From: Octopus sinensis
Taxonomy: Eukaryota
NCBI RefSeq assembly: GCF_006345805.1
Contig: NC_043015.1
Span: 43,958,001-44,022,000, forward strand
Reading direction: 5' to 3'
Length of the DNA: 64,000 nt
The notes beneath the pieces were generated by a model, which was given only the letters and a program-made list of their open reading frames with translations, searched no databases and was not told the origin of the DNA. Numbering within the stretch: position 1 is the stretch's first letter; each line of letters begins with the position of its first letter. Below are positions 35,624-49,839 of the stretch, one piece after another. The translations under genes and the position numbers were made by a program.

Positions 35624-36045
35624 CGATGATGACGATGATGACGATGATGATGACGATGATGACGATGATGACGATGATGACGATGATGATGATGACGATG
35701 ATGACGATGATGATGATGATGATGATGATGACGATGATGATGATGGCGGTGGTGATAATGATGATGACGACGATGATGATGATGATGATGATGACGACGA
35801 CGATGATGATGATGATGAGGAGAGGAGGAGGAGGAGGAGGATGATGATGGCGGTGGTGATGACGAAGATGACGACGATGATGATGATGATGATGATGAAA
35901 TGTGGTAGTGATGGTGGTGGAGACGACGAGGACGACGACGATGATGATGAGGGGGGGGAGGAGGAAGAGGAGAAGAAGAAGAGAGGGAGGAAGCGGAACG
36001 GTACAACAACGTCGACGACGACGACGACAACGACGATAACAGTAA
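34495..36045. repeat. (GGT)n array followed by (GAT)n/(GAC)n arrays with short unique islands
   Basis: Directly visible; source of the poly-S/H/P/M ORFs. Confidence 0.96.
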
Positions 36046-36224
36046 CGTTAACAAGGATAATTACAACGTTGGTTAAATAGTGGACATGAAAAATAAACCA
36101 TTCATAATAAACTTCAATCATATCAGTTGACTTCACTGCGATTATTAGAGATCTGTGTTCGCGCGTGCGCGCGTGTTTGGGGAGGAAACGGTGTTAAGTA
36201 TAATAGTATTTACTTATCGATTCA

Positions 36225-36526
36225 TATGCGCACACTGTTCATATATATATATATATATATATATACACAAATATATAAATATATATACATGTATGTATGT
36301 ATGTATGTATATATAAATGTATATGCATATACATGTATATTTGTTCATTTGAGTCTTTGTGTTGTGTGTGTGTGCGTGTGTGTGAGTGTGTGTGTGTGTG
36401 TGTCGACAGATTACTCCTAATTATGCTCATATACGTAAATATATTTACACACCTACAGTTCATTTCACGAGCAGACACGGAGAGACAGTACTTCAGTACA
36501 AACGCACGCACGCACACACACACGTT

Positions 36527-36558
<32 letters not shown>

Positions 36559-36746
36559 ATATATATATATGCAAATATATATATTTATATTTATATTATA
36601 TATATATATTTATATTTATATACATATACATATATATATATTATATATATATATACTATACATATATAAGTATATATATATATATTTGTACAACACATGT
36701 GTAAATATATACATACACATGTATATATATTCATTTATATATATAT

Positions 36747-36794
<48 letters not shown>

Positions 36795-36943
36795 ATATAT
36801 GTATATATGCTATATGTATGCATGTATGTGTATGTGTGCATATACACACACGTGTATATATATACGTATATATATATACATATATATATATATATGTAAA
36901 CTCATTCATACGCACACATAAATTCATTCATGCATACATACAT

Positions 36944-36977
<34 letters not shown>

Positions 36978-36985
36978 GCGCACAC
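36225..36985. repeat. (TA)/(TG)/(CA)/(CATA) microsatellite field
   Basis: Directly visible. Confidence 0.93.
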
Positions 36986-37278
36986 ACATAATTACCCTAC
37001 ACAGTACACAGCACACACAGTTCGCGTACTCAATCATCCACACTAATTAATAATATCAACAGATTAGTATTAATTGTCTTTCGGACGGATGAAAAACAAC
37101 TTCGCGCCTAAATGTAGAGTTTGTGCTTTGGTTTGCTGTAATTACCTGCGCGTTTCCTCTCCGTCGTAGCTGGCATGCGGGCTTTGCTCTTCGCCGTTTG
37201 TCGTTGTTGCTATCGTCATTAAGCGCAAGCAGTGAGGTCGTAACGGTTGTTCTGTTGTGGCTGTTATCCTTATTAGTA

Positions 37279-37512
37279 GGGCGGCGAGCTGGCAGAATCG
37301 TTAAGCACTCCGGTCGAAATGCTTAGCAGTATTTCGTCTGTAGCTACGTTCTGAGTTCAAATTCCGCCGAGGTCGACTTTGCCTTTCATCCTTTCGGGGG
37401 GTCAATAAATAAGTACCAGTTACGCACTGGGGGTCGATGTAATTGACTTAATACCTATGTATGTCCTTGTTTGTCACCTCTGTGTTTAGCTCCTTGTGGG
37501 TAGTAAAGTAAT
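37279..37512 (+). mobile_element. SINE-A monomer
   Basis: ggcggcgagctggcagaatcg...gtgggtagtaaag. Confidence 0.92.
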
Positions 37513-37599
37513 ATATATGAGGTGCGTATCGTAAAACGAACGTCTGATGCAATGCCTTCTCTTAAAACATTAATCCTTCTCTATCCTCCAACAAAATGC

Positions 37600-38216
37600 A
37601 CTTTCTTATAACGATGCTGAACAGGAGAGTCAAGAACAGAATGAAAGGATGAATAGAATGATAATGAAGCGGCAGGAGGCTGAGCTGTATGCTACAATTT
37701 CAGGTACTGGCGCTGCAATGAGTACGGCAATGCGCCAGTTTTAGCAATCTATCCTCGGGAGATTACGTTGATAAAATAGTCAAAGTTATGACTTATGGTA
37801 ATTAATGCTGGGCAATAACCTGAAAAGTATGATCGCAAAAACAAGCGACAGAAGTGGAGTTCCTCGGAAGGATCTCTAGAATAACGTTACCCTACAGGGT
37901 ATGTAGCTCACAGGTCAGGGTGTCTCTCTAGGTTGAGCCGATACATCTGCCACATTGAAAGGACATAGCTCCGGCACTGCGGACACATGGTTAGAATATC
38001 ACAATGAATCACAAGACAGATTCTTTAAGTCAAGTCAACCTGCAGACCAAGAACGAAATGGTTGGGTAATATCGATACTTTACTTGGTCACGCTTGGGAA
38101 TCCAGCAGGAACGTTGCTTTTAATTGGACCCTATGGAGGAGATACCTGAAGATTCAATCCCCAAGGATCCGTCCAAGAATAGCGGGCGGTGAAAATGGAT
38201 GGATGGATGAATGGAT
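37600..38216 (+). pseudogene. Decayed RTE-clade (Rex3/Expander-like) LINE 3' end
   Basis: TYGN*CWAIT...QATEVEFLGRISRITL..RV...VEP, HIERT*LRHCGHMVRI, RPRTKWLGNI and TWSRLGIQ in RTE order; ends in a (TGGA)n tail. Confidence 0.82.
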
Positions 38217-39349
38217 AAAGGAAGATTATAGGGAAGTAGAAGAGAAAGGAGTTGCGAAATTCTGTTGAGACTGCTGCAATATTTTCTATGAATTGGTCTT
38301 TGTAGTCGTTGATTTTCTAGCTCTTATCTTTAGCAACTTTGTATCTCCTTAGAAGTCAATTAAAATAAATACCATGAATGAAATAAGCGTCATGATATAT
38401 TTCAGGAGTACGATTCTATTTCTAAGGTCTTGGGATTCAAAATCCTATATGGACCCCCTACAGGTCCATTTTTTTGTTGTTAAAATTTGTGTAATAAATT
38501 GCTTACATTTCTACAATCTACAAAATATTTTATTAATTATTTTTATACATTTTTTAAAATATTTTTTAATATTTTTATATTTTTAAACAGCGGTGCATCA
38601 GCATGGCCGCAGCTTTGAGCTGAAACTACAGCAAAAAAAATTCCTATTAATGATTATAAATTACAAATACATTAGGATATGTTTTTATACATATCGAATA
38701 GTTATGGCGGTCCAGCAGCGTAAAATAAGAATCAAAGGGGCCCATAGGCAAACACAAAAAAAAAAGAAGAAGAATAGTTGAGAATCACTGGCGTAGATTT
38801 TGCTTCAATGACTCGCAAATCCCCCATTTTCATTGTTGGTTTTGTTGTAATTTTAGTGACATTTTCGTTGGAGTTCTTGTGGTTATTGTTGCTATGGTGA
38901 CGGTGGTGGTGATGGTGGTGCGTGCTATTCTGTACACTGCTACTATTACTACTACTACAATCCCAATTTATTATACATTTGCAGTCATTTGTGTTCATTA
39001 ATCCTCTTGTGGTTTTATCCTTTCGTAGTTTCTTTTCTCTGACGGCGCAGATGTTTTAATTTTCACTGTTTTTCTTTTTAACTAATAGTGTATCTCCCGT
39101 CGTCGTCGTCGTATTCGTTATAATTTGAGCTGTTGTTGTTGTTGGTGGTGGTGGTGTTACCTGTGATGACGAGGCTGTTGTACTTATTTCTGCTTATATA
39201 TATATATATAGATATGTATATGTTCTACTCTGATCAATCTGATATGTTTTCCTCCTGGTGGCAGGATGGCGACTAAATGGAGAACTGACCGGCAAAGCTC
39301 CATTTTTAACCGACATCAGTGGATTTATAGATATTGAGGAGGCAGGGTT

Positions 39350-39982
39350 TACATTTATATACACACTTCCTCATTGTTTACACATACACATATACATACG
39401 TGCAATACATGCACATACATTACATACACATAAACATATATATACACACATATAAACATATATATTATATATATATATATATATATAATATTTATACATA
39501 TACATTATATACATATAAACATATATATATATTATATATATATCTTATATATATGCACACATACATATATATGCATCCATAACATATGAATATACACATT
39601 AATTATAGACACGTAAAACTACATATATACATATAAGATACATTTATATATATATATATATACATACACACATACATACATACATACACACACACTTCAC
39701 ATATATAAATATATATACAATTTATATCGAAATATATATATATATTTACACAACACACACACACATGTGCATTACATATATACTACAAAATATACATACG
39801 TACAAATGCACTCAAGATATAAATAGTCCTACATACATACAAAAACACGCACAAACACATACAAACATGCATACACATACACTCATACATAGCTAAGTTG
39901 CATACATAAATACATAAACACATACATTGTATATATATATATATATACATATGCGTCCAAACACAAACGTACATATACACAA

Positions 39983-40013
<31 letters not shown>

Positions 40014-40025
40014 CACACACACATG
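39350..40025. repeat. Degenerate (CA)/(TA)/(CATA) low-complexity field
   Basis: Directly visible. Confidence 0.88.
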
Positions 40026-40563
40026 TAAAGAAGAAAAGATGTGGCTAAAGAAAAAGTGTGAAAGGAATGAAATGCGCCATATTGTCTAAAATATAGCCAG
40101 TTTTCCAAATCATAAAAGCGAAACATAAAAACACATAAAAAAAACACTAAACGCTAATTTTTTAAAATTTTAAATGGCCGCGCGGCCTCCCGTTTCTATC
40201 AGGATCCTGACTTCGTTAAATAATGGGAAAATACGAAACAGTGCCATATCTACGGAATAATTCTTGACCAATTCTCGAGACATATATACCAACCGTTCAG
40301 CGAGGTCAATCATGCTGTTTGAACCTTTTGCTTGCTTCGTGGGGGTGGTCACATTATTTATAATAATGATATGTATAATGATATAAGTTTTAATATAATT
40401 TCCTGCATATTTTCCCACTGAGTAGAGACTTAATATATTTTATAAGTGTTCGTTTTTTTTTTATAATTCAGTATTTCTTTTGCCCATGATCTAACTTGAA
40501 TTTGCATCCTAAATACATATACACATACACACAAATCAACACACATAAGTACACACACACACA

Positions 40564-40619
<56 letters not shown>

Positions 40620-41178
40620 ACATATACATATATATATATATACATACATATTTACACACACTCAAACACACACACACGTAAGCCCGTGTGTATATGCTTA
40701 TATATTTTTGAAAACACGCACGTGACATATATGGATGTGCGTGTGTAAACGTTCTGGATTAATACTTTTGGAGTACAATTTTTCTATGAAACGAAGCATC
40801 ACTGGAGAGAACCCACTGAAAATGACACAACACGTAAGTTATGGTTATATATATATATATATGAATATCAGGGGCGTATATTCCGGGTGCCGCGGCACAC
40901 CGCTTGTGGAGGACTGTCCTAGACATCCATGCTTGTTTCCAGACTTTTAGTTAACATTAGTCTCATACGTTGAGTTAAGTAAGGCTTTCCATTCATATGT
41001 TCCAAGTTACTCTGGTGGTTGAAAAAATTGTGAATGCATATCAGATATGATGCATTGAAGTTAGAGAAATATGTCCCGAATATCACATGGAATATATACA
41101 GGACAGGCAACGGGTTAAGCTCATAAAGACTACCATAATAAATATTTTCTTTACGCTGCTCCGAAATCCCACAGTAGT

Positions 41179-41480
41179 GGAGGAACATGGCCTAGTGGTT
41201 AGTATAGCGGACTCGCGATCGGGGGATCGCAGGTTCGAGTCTCAGACCGAGCGATGCGTATGTTTATGAGCGAAACACCTAAGCTCCACGCGGCTCCAGC
41301 TGAAGATAATGGCAAACTTCTGCTGACTCTTTCACCACAGCTTTCTCTCACTCTTTCCTCCTGCATCTTGCAGCTTACCTGCGATGGACCGGCATCCCGT
41401 CCAGGTGGGGAACCTATACGCCAAGGAAACCGGGAAACCGGCCCTTATGAGCCAGGCATGGCTCGAGGAGGAACAAACAA
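41179..41480 (+). mobile_element. Older SINE-D subfamily
   Basis: tRNA head ggttcgagtctcagacc; gcgatggaccggcatcccgtccag; gaaaccgggaaaccggccc. Confidence 0.85.
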
Positions 41481-41602
41481 GAACATATTCCGGGTGTGCT
41501 GGGTGTGTGCTGCACACCCATCGAAAATGGCAAATTTAATATTAATATTAATCTTATTCATTAATCTAATTATAAATCATAATGGAAAACTTTCGTTATA
41601 CC

Positions 41603-41836
41603 TATTTCTTTACTACCCACAAGGGGCTAAGCACAGAGGGGACAAACAAGGACAGAAAAACGGATTAAGTCGATTATATCGACCTCAGTGCGTAACTGGT
41701 ACTTTATTTATCGACTCCGGAAGGATGAAAGGCAAAGTCGACCTCGGCGGAATTTGAACTCAGAACGTAACGGCAGACGAAATACGGCTACGCATTTCGC
41801 CCGGCGTGCTAACGATTCTGCCAGCTCGCCGCCTTG
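41603..41836 (-). mobile_element. SINE-A monomer with 14-bp TSD
   Basis: actttcgttatacc at 41589-41602 and 41837-41850. Confidence 0.95.
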
Positions 41837-42210
41837 ACTTTCGTTATACCTCTGCTTGGAACATGGTGGCGGGTGTCCTGATATAACACTGCACACCTCA
41901 CAACACATTGTATCATAATGTGGTACCGAGCGTATCGTAGGATAACGGGAGAATGGGAAAACATTAACGTTGAAGGGTTTGCAACAGCTTTGACAGCGCC
42001 GTCGCATGTTCGTTTTCGCGGCGAGAAGTTGTACGTTTAAGTTAATTTAAAATTCTTAATCCAAAATTAATGTTAATCACAGTATGGTCAGTGTCGCAGT
42101 ACACCCAATGACAACAACCACCACACGACACTGAAGTATATATATTTATTCCACATCATATAATGTGTATATAATGTAACAATGTATAGCCTGCGTCTAT
42201 AAATACATAT

Positions 42211-42470
42211 TACTCTTTTACTCTTTTACTTGTTTCAGTCATTTGACTGCGGCCATGCTGGAGCACCGCCTTTAGTCGAACAAATCGACCCCGGGACTTA
42301 TTCTTTGTAAGCCTAGTACTTATTCTATCGGTCTCTTTTGTCAAACCGCAAAGTTACGGGAACGTAAACACACCAGTATCGGTTGTCAAGCAATGCTAGG
42401 GTGACAAACACAGACACACACACACAAACAAACACACACACACATATATATATATATATATTATATATAT

Positions 42471-42506
<36 letters not shown>

Positions 42507-42691
42507 AATATATAATATATACATATATACGACAGGCTTCTTCAGTTTCCGTCTACCAAATCCACTCACAAGGCATTGGTTGGCCCGGGGCTATAGCAGA
42601 AGACACTTGCCCAAGATGCCACGCAGTGAGACTGAACCCGGAACCATGTGGTTGGTAAGCAAGCTACTTACCACACAGCCACTCCTGCGCC
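42211..42691 (-). mobile_element. SINE family B, full length, with expanded internal (TA)n
   Basis: Reverse-complement match to 13802-14203. Confidence 0.95.
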
Positions 42692-42886
42692 ATATGTACT
42701 ATACATTTTTTTTTATATTAACGGATATAATATGTATTTTATAAACAAACATTCTTGGATTTTAGTGACACACAGACACGTTTGTCCTGTTTCGCGTTCT
42801 TGTTTTAATGTTCTTTTCTTCTGGTTTATTGCGGGCCATAATCGATTACGTATGTGTGTGTGTGTGTGTGTGTTCCATATGTTACA

Positions 42887-43288
42887 TCTTTATATATAAA
42901 AGTGAGGTTGTGTGCGTCTGTCTCCTACGATTTAGATTCCTAACTACTCCCACATTTTGCGGTGCAGTTTAACCAAAACCGGGTATCTTAATCGTGATTC
43001 ATATCGAGCCCTTCTGGGTATTAGCGCGCGTCTACGATGAGTCTCTACGGTTTAAAAAAAAATTTACCATCTTTTTTCCCATTTTTAATACATTTTTGGC
43101 ATATATAAGGGAAGTAACTCTCTAAAAATTTATCAAATCTCAGAACGTAAAAAGCTACAGTAACACCCACCTCCCTTTGTGGTTAGCCATATTGAGATGG
43201 GTAGATTGGTATTATACTTTACATCTCTAAAAATGCTTATATAGTTATTTCCCTTACAAACCCGAGCAACGCCGGGCGATACTGCTAG
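42887..43288 (+). mobile_element. Non-autonomous Helitron
   Basis: A|TC start, cccgagcaacgccggg hairpin, CTAG|T end; homologous to 20122-20513. Confidence 0.9.
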
Positions 43289-43314
43289 TAGAATATAACA
43301 TATAATGCAATATC

Positions 43315-43437
43315 ATTACCAGTCTAAATGTGCCTGAGGCACGTTGGAACTGAGCAACGAGTCATTCCTGTTGTTATTTCATTCAATGGATTTTACCTCA
43401 GTTCGAACATGCCTCAAGCATATTGACACTAGTAATA
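43315..43437. repeat. Imperfect ~40-bp inverted repeat with a ~42-nt loop
   Basis: gcctgaggcacgttggaactgag pairs with ctcagttcgaacatgcctcaagc. Confidence 0.75.
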
Positions 43438-43544
43438 ACATTGTATTTATACATATCACATATGACTGCTACTTTATTTATCGACCCCGTAGAAGACCAA
43501 AATTAAATTAGAGCTCAGAACGGAGAGGAAGGTAGCCATATACC

Positions 43545-43976
43545 TATTTCTTTATTACCCACAAGGGGCTAAACACAGAGGGGGACAAACAAGGACAGAC
43601 AGACGGATTAAGTCGATTACATCGACCCCAGTGCGTAACTGGTACTTAATTTATCGACCCCGAAAGGATGAAAGGCAAAGTCGACCTCGGCGAAATTTGA
43701 ACTCAGAACGTAAAGACAGACGAAATACCTATTTCTTTATTACCCACAAGGGGCTAAACACAGAGGGGACAAACAAGGACAGACATAGGTATTAAGTCAA
43801 TTACATGACCCCAGTGCGTAACTGGTAGTTAATTTATCGACCCGAAGGATGAAAGGCAAAGCGACCTCGCGGTATTTGAACTCACAACGTAACGCAGACG
43901 AAATACCGTTAGGCATTTCGCCCGGCGTGCTAACGTTTCTGCCAGCTCGCCGCCTTTCTGCCAGCTCGCCGCCTTA
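43545..43976 (-). mobile_element. SINE-A dimer with 15-bp TSD, inserted in an older SINE-A remnant
   Basis: aggtagcca(t/a)atacc at 43530-43544 and 43977-43991; 19-bp duplication at the 5' end. Confidence 0.93.
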
Positions 43977-44306
43977 AGGTAGCCAAATACCACAAGTTAT
44001 TTCATCAGACGCTCAATCGATTTCTGTCATCCACTATCCGCATCTATTTATATGCATGTATTTGTGTGCGTCTGCTCGCGCGTATGTGTACGCCTATGGA
44101 TGTGTTTTGGGTTTATGAGTTCCACTGATTAACTTTTGATAATTTGCCCGTAAAAATCTCTTATTGTTTGTCATTGTTTTGTTTCGTTTGTTATTGCTGT
44201 TGTTGCTGTTGCTGCTGCTGCTACTGCTGCTGCTGCTGTTATTTTTATTTCATTCAATGGGTCTTCGTTGAAATCAAAGAACGTCCATCGATAAATAGCT
44301 GACCAT

Positions 44307-44539
44307 GAGGCGGCGAGCTGGCAGAACCGTTAGCACGCGGGGCGAAATGCTCAGCAGTATTTCGTCTGCCGCTACGTTCTGAGTTCAAATTCCGCCGAGG
44401 TCAATTTTGCCTTTCATCCTGTCGGGGTCGATTAAATAAGTACCAGTTACGCACTGGGGTCGATATAATCGACTTAATCCGTTTGTCTGTCCTTGTTAGT
44501 CCCTTCTGTATTTAGCCCCTTGTGGGTAGTAAAGAAATT
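44307..44539 (+). mobile_element. SINE-A monomer with 17-bp TSD
   Basis: gataaatag(c/t)tgaccat at 44290-44306 and 44540-44556. Confidence 0.94.
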
Positions 44540-44830
44540 GATAAATAGTTGACCATACATTTGCACGTGTATGTGCACGCCTGCGTAAATTTTTTCGGGA
44601 AGACTTGCTGTTGCTTGGCCATGCATGCAAGTCTCCTCTTTTCCACGCCAAATTAGGCCGATACAGACTGGTACGCAGATGTTGCTGTCCGAGCGCAAAG
44701 AACCCTAGATCTATAGTTCCCAACCATTGCTTAACCTATGGGCCCCTTTGATTTCTATTTTACTCAGGTAGACCCTCATAGACATTCGATGTTTTAAGAA
44801 ATCCCATTATATTTTTATTATTAAATATTA

Positions 44831-45226
44831 CTAGCAGTATAGCCCGGCGTTGCTCGGGTTTATTTTCTTTTCGACCCTTTACAATTGGAATTTTTTAAAA
44901 GTAAACTTTTGCATTATGTAGCTTGTTATTCTCTTTAAGTGAACATTTTTCTGGTTGAAATACACCAAAAAATGGCGACAAAACAGTAAAAATATCGTAA
45001 AAAATAGGGATTTTCATAGTAAAAAACCACCTATTTGATGTAAATAATTTTTGATCTTAACATGGTCCGATTTGAATTTTTTCTTCAACGAAATGAAGAG
45101 CAAGTCTTCTTCTATCATACTCTCAATTTTGGTTAACTTGCGCCGCAGGGTCTCGGAGGAGATAGTGTTAGTTGAAGGCTTCTAAAACTGCCTCACACAC
45201 ACAGACTTCAGCTTTATATATAAAGA
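44831..45226 (-). mobile_element. Non-autonomous Helitron, second subfamily
   Basis: Same termini as 20122 and 42887 (A|TCtttatatataaa; aaacccgagcaacgccggg...tgCTAG|T) but a different interior. Confidence 0.88.
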
Positions 45227-45627
45227 TTAGGAATTGTATTTAAAAAAAAACTTATTAAAATGTTTCGTGTATTGTAGAAGTATAACCAAATTGTTGCACA
45301 TAAATTTTAACAACAAAATCTTTTATGGACTCCTCATCCCAAAGAGCCATATAGAGCTCTATTTAATATTTCTTAGCAACGACGAAAGGAAGAAGAACAA
45401 AAGCTGACCTTCGAACTCAGAGCGCAGATGTTCGGAACAAATACCACGATGCATTCTCTTCAACATTCTAAGGTCGGCTGCCACGCGTCTTCACTATACT
45501 TATGAAATAAGTGAGCAAATGAGTAAGCTCCTCAGCGATCACTGTCCCGCTAGAAATAGCAACCGAATCTCCCTTGAATTACACATCATTTTCTCCTATT
45601 AATTACTACAATGTAGGCCTAGATATC

Positions 45628-46041
45628 TATTTCTTTACTACCCACAAGGGGCTAAACACAGAGAGGACAAACAAGGACAGACAGACAGATTAAGTCGATT
45701 ACATCGACCCCAGTGCGAAACTGGTACTTTATTTATCGGCCCCGAAAGGATGAAAGGCAAGTCGACCTCGGCGGAATTTGAACTTAGAACGTAGCGGCAG
45801 ACGAAATACCTATTTATTTACTACCCACAAGGGGCTAAACACAGAGAAGACAAACAAGGACAGACAAACGGATTAAGTCGATTATATCGACTCCAGTGCG
45901 TAACTGGTACCTATTTTATCGACCCCGAAAGGATGAAAGGCAAAGTCGACCTCGGCGGAATTTGAACTCGGAACGTAACGGCAGACAAAATACGGCTACA
46001 CATTTCGCCCGGCGTGCTAACGTTTCTGCCAGCTCGCCGCC
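45628..46041 (-). mobile_element. SINE-A dimer with 18-bp TSD
   Basis: caatgtag(g/a)cctagatat at 45609-45626 and 46042-46059. Confidence 0.94.
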
Positions 46042-46734
46042 CAATGTAGACCTAGATATACTAGGTCGAAAAGTGCTAACCTGGGACTAACAACAACAAA
46101 AGACAATTGTTTCAATAACTTTATTGCAGTTGTTGATTTTAGCCCTAGGTCAAGGCTGATCAAGCAGACTCACCTTAAGCATATACATTCCGGCCTTGAC
46201 CATCCCTTGTTTTTCCAATATGCAGGAAAACTAGAAGCACATTAATCGGCGTCCTTCCTTTCCTAAGATATGTCCAACGTCAGAAATATTTGCATAACAA
46301 CCACTCCTACTATCGTAGAAAGCGAAGGACGTTGGTTAACGTGCTTCGAGTTTTCCTGCGTGTTGGAGAAATCACGGAGGGCCCGTTGGTCTTGGATCAC
46401 CACTCAAAAGCACAAGATATTTTTGAGAAAGACTAGCAGCTGCCCATGCATACCAGTCTTCTCTCTCTCCATGCCACCAATGTCTATCCAAAGGAAAAAT
46501 CACTATCGATACGGTCCAAATCAGCTTGGGACCTGTGTCGTTGCAAGTGTTACTATGAGAACGCAAAAAGCCGGATAAGTAACCCAGATTGCATTTTGCT
46601 CGACTCTCGAAACCAGTTCCACTAATCCATCGCCCCATGCTGGTACATTTTTATCGGCCAGCAAAGGATACAAAGCTTACCTTGTCTAATCAAATATATA
46701 TGTGCATGTCTTTTATTGTTATGATTTAACTATA

Positions 46735-47078
46735 GTGAAGGCGCATAGCTCAGTGGTTAGAGCATCGAGCTTACGATCGTGAGATTGTGAGCTCGAATCC
46801 CAGACCCGGGATTCGAGTTGTTGTGTTCTTGAGCAAGACACTTTATTTCACGTTAATCCAGTTCACTCAGCTGTAGAAATGAGTTACAGCGTCACAGGTG
46901 CCAAGCTGTATCGGCCATTGCCTTTCCCTTGGATAACACTGGTGGCGCGGAGAGGGGAGGACGGTGTGCATGGGTGACTGCCGGTCTTCCATAAACAACC
47001 TTGCCCGGACTTGTGCCTGGGAGGGTAACTTTCTAGATGTAATCCCATGGTCAGTCATGACCGAAGGGGGGTCTCAGC
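46735..47078 (+). mobile_element. SINE family C, full length, 11-bp TSD
   Basis: atttaactata at 46724-46734 and 47079-47089. Confidence 0.94.
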
Positions 47079-47096
47079 ATTTAACTATAAAAAGTC

Positions 47097-47488
47097 GGCG
47101 AGCAGGCAGAATAGTTACGACGCCAGACAAAACACTTAGCGGTATTTCGTCTGCCTTTAAGTTCTGAGTTCAAGTTCCGCCGAGGTCGACTTTGCCTTTC
47201 ATCCTTTCGGGGTTGATAAAATAAATACCAGTTACGCACTGGGGTCTATATAATCGACTTAATCCATTTGTCTGTCCTTGTTTGTCCTCTCTGTGTGTAG
47301 CCCCTTGTGGGTAGTAAAGACATAAATATTTCGTCCACCTTTAAGTTCTGAATTCAAGTTCCGCCGAGGTTGACTTTGCCTTTCATCTGTTAGGGGTCGA
47401 CAAAATAAGTACTAGTGGAACACCGGGGTTGATGTAATCAACTGACCCCTCTCCTAAAATTGCTGGCTTTGTGTCAAAATTTGAAACC
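47097..47488 (+). mobile_element. SINE-A monomer followed by an A2-type body
   Basis: The second unit starts at tatttcgtccacc and ends in the A2 tail gctggctttgtgtcaaaatttgaaacc. Confidence 0.87.
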
Positions 47489-48162
47489 ATTATTTATCTG
47501 TGAAATACGTTTGCCCCATTTGGAGTAATCTACAAACAAAAGAGTACTTGCCATGTCCGTCGCGTCTATTGTATTTCAGACATTGTGTATCTAATAATAT
47601 ATTCCTTTATGTAACTTTAAATATCACCGTCAAGAGAGTTATTGTTGCTATTTCTAGCAGGTGGCACGAGTACTAGTAACAGGGCTCATGAATTATTCGC
47701 CCGCGGCATAATTCAGCGAGTTAATTATATTCTCTAAATATCCGTATTAAAAAAAATATTAAGCTTCAAGACGAAAACAATAACTTAATGTAAATTACCA
47801 TACGACAGAGATATTTAAAGGATTATGTGCATCCAGTTAATTAATGCATTATAATACCCATCATCGTCAACCCGTGGTCTGCAGACCCCTGAGGTGTCTT
47901 CAAAAGTTATCGTCATTAGGGATCTAAGAGCTAAGATCAAAATTTAAAGACGCTTAATGAAAAGTAAAATGTAACTCACGCACGATAAACTTTCGAAATT
48001 TTTAATTAGTTTCCACATCTACGGGAATATCCTAATTTTTAAAAAAATGCAATTTTTCAAAATGTGATCTACACTTAGAACTCTTTGACATTGAACTTGA
48101 AATTTGGAACATAACTGTGCAACATCAGCTTCCATAAGTAAGTGTTCTTTAGTTTAATATTA

Positions 48163-48603
48163 GGATCGTTTCAGTTTGACCGGCAGTTTTTTCTAGCGGT
48201 GTCATATGAAATTGTCACCCATAATTATGACCCTAGTATCGATCTATTGCATTTCAATCTGTTTTAGGGTTAGGGTTAGAGTTAGGGTTAGGATTTGGGG
48301 TGGGGGGAAGGGTATCTTTTTTTCTTCACAAATGTAAATAAACCCAATCTGTTTCTTAAACGAGGGACATATTCATACGGCACAGAATGTTTTCACCTAA
48401 AATAGACGTCATTGATTGGTTGAAATTGCAGAAATTGAAGAAAAAAAACAACAAATATCTTATAAACTATAGAATTTTCTCAATAAAGCCAAGAGAAAAA
48501 AATGTTTTATAAACACATTCTACCAGTATACGAAGTTTAAAAGTGTTTAGTTACGTGGAAATTATTTTTAAAAAAAAAACTGCCGTTCAAACCGAAAAGA
48601 TCC
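48163..48603. mobile_element. Second copy of the (TTAGGG)-containing MITE, opposite orientation
   Basis: Reverse complement of 28125-28560; ggatcgtttcagtttgac...tcaaaccgaaaagatcc; TSD not preserved. Confidence 0.9.
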
Positions 48604-49359
48604 GATAATTTATATTTCAGTTCGTGTTTCTGAAATCTTCATACGAATGTATTAGCTACTAATGATGTTGACTCTGCTGTTGTTTTCATTATTGTTGTTC
48701 TGGTTGCTATTTTCGTGCTGTTGTTGTTGCTGTCGTCGTTGTTGTTGTTGCTTCCGCCGCAGTTGTCATGTGTGTATATGTGTGCATGTGTCTATGTGCG
48801 CGCGTGTGTGTCTGTGTGTGCGGGAGTGTGAGAGAGAGAGAGAGAGTGTGTGTGTGTGTGACGCATGCATTTTTGAACGGTTAAGAAACTCGTTTTCCAA
48901 CAGTGAGTTTTCGAATTAGGTCCGACTGCCTGGCATCTTGAGCAAGTAACTTCACCATAGCCGTCAGTCGCCACAAACCAAAGCCATCTGATCGATATTG
49001 CGTAGATGAAGCTGTGTGGAACCTGTAATAACACTGTTAATCAAAAGTCCAGCTTATCACACACACACACACATTGTGTCAGGCTAATTTCTACCTAAGA
49101 ATTACATTACTGGTACACGTGTTTGCGAAGTAGTCAACCGCAGAATCCGGGAAACCAGCTTTGATCAATACTTTGATTGCTATTTTGTTATCGATCCTGA
49201 AAACGGTAAAAGGCAGTTTACATAACCTGATTTGAACTCAGAACGCCTTATCCATATATATATATATATATATATAATAGATTATATAGATATATATAAA
49301 GATTATTGTCTTGGTATCTGTTGCAAGATTCTTCTGATTTTTAGGTAGGAGGTAGGTTA

Positions 49360-49471
49360 GGTAGTAGTAGATAGATAGATAGATAGATAGATAGTAGATA
49401 GATAGATAGATAGAAGATAGATAGATAGATAATAGATAGTAGACAGGATAGATAGAGATAGATAGATAGAT

Positions 49472-49503
<32 letters not shown>

Positions 49504-49537
49504 ATAGATAGATGATAGATAGATAGAAGATAGTAGG

Positions 49538-49594
<57 letters not shown>

Positions 49595-49698
49595 TAGATA
49601 GACAGATAGATAGATAGATAGATAGATAGATGATAGATAGATAGAAGATAGATAGATAGATTGATAAGAAGATAGATAGATAGGATTGTAGGTGATAG

Positions 49699-49730
<32 letters not shown>

Positions 49731-49839
49731 AGATAGATAGATAGATAGATAGATAGAAGACAGATAGATAGATAGATAGATAGATAGATATAGATAGATA
49801 GATAGATATAGATAGATATGTAGATAGATAGATAGATAG

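Noticed and set aside
40170-40418. 82-aa minus ORF with protein-like composition
   Set aside because: No motif recognised and no splice support; the length is within chance range.
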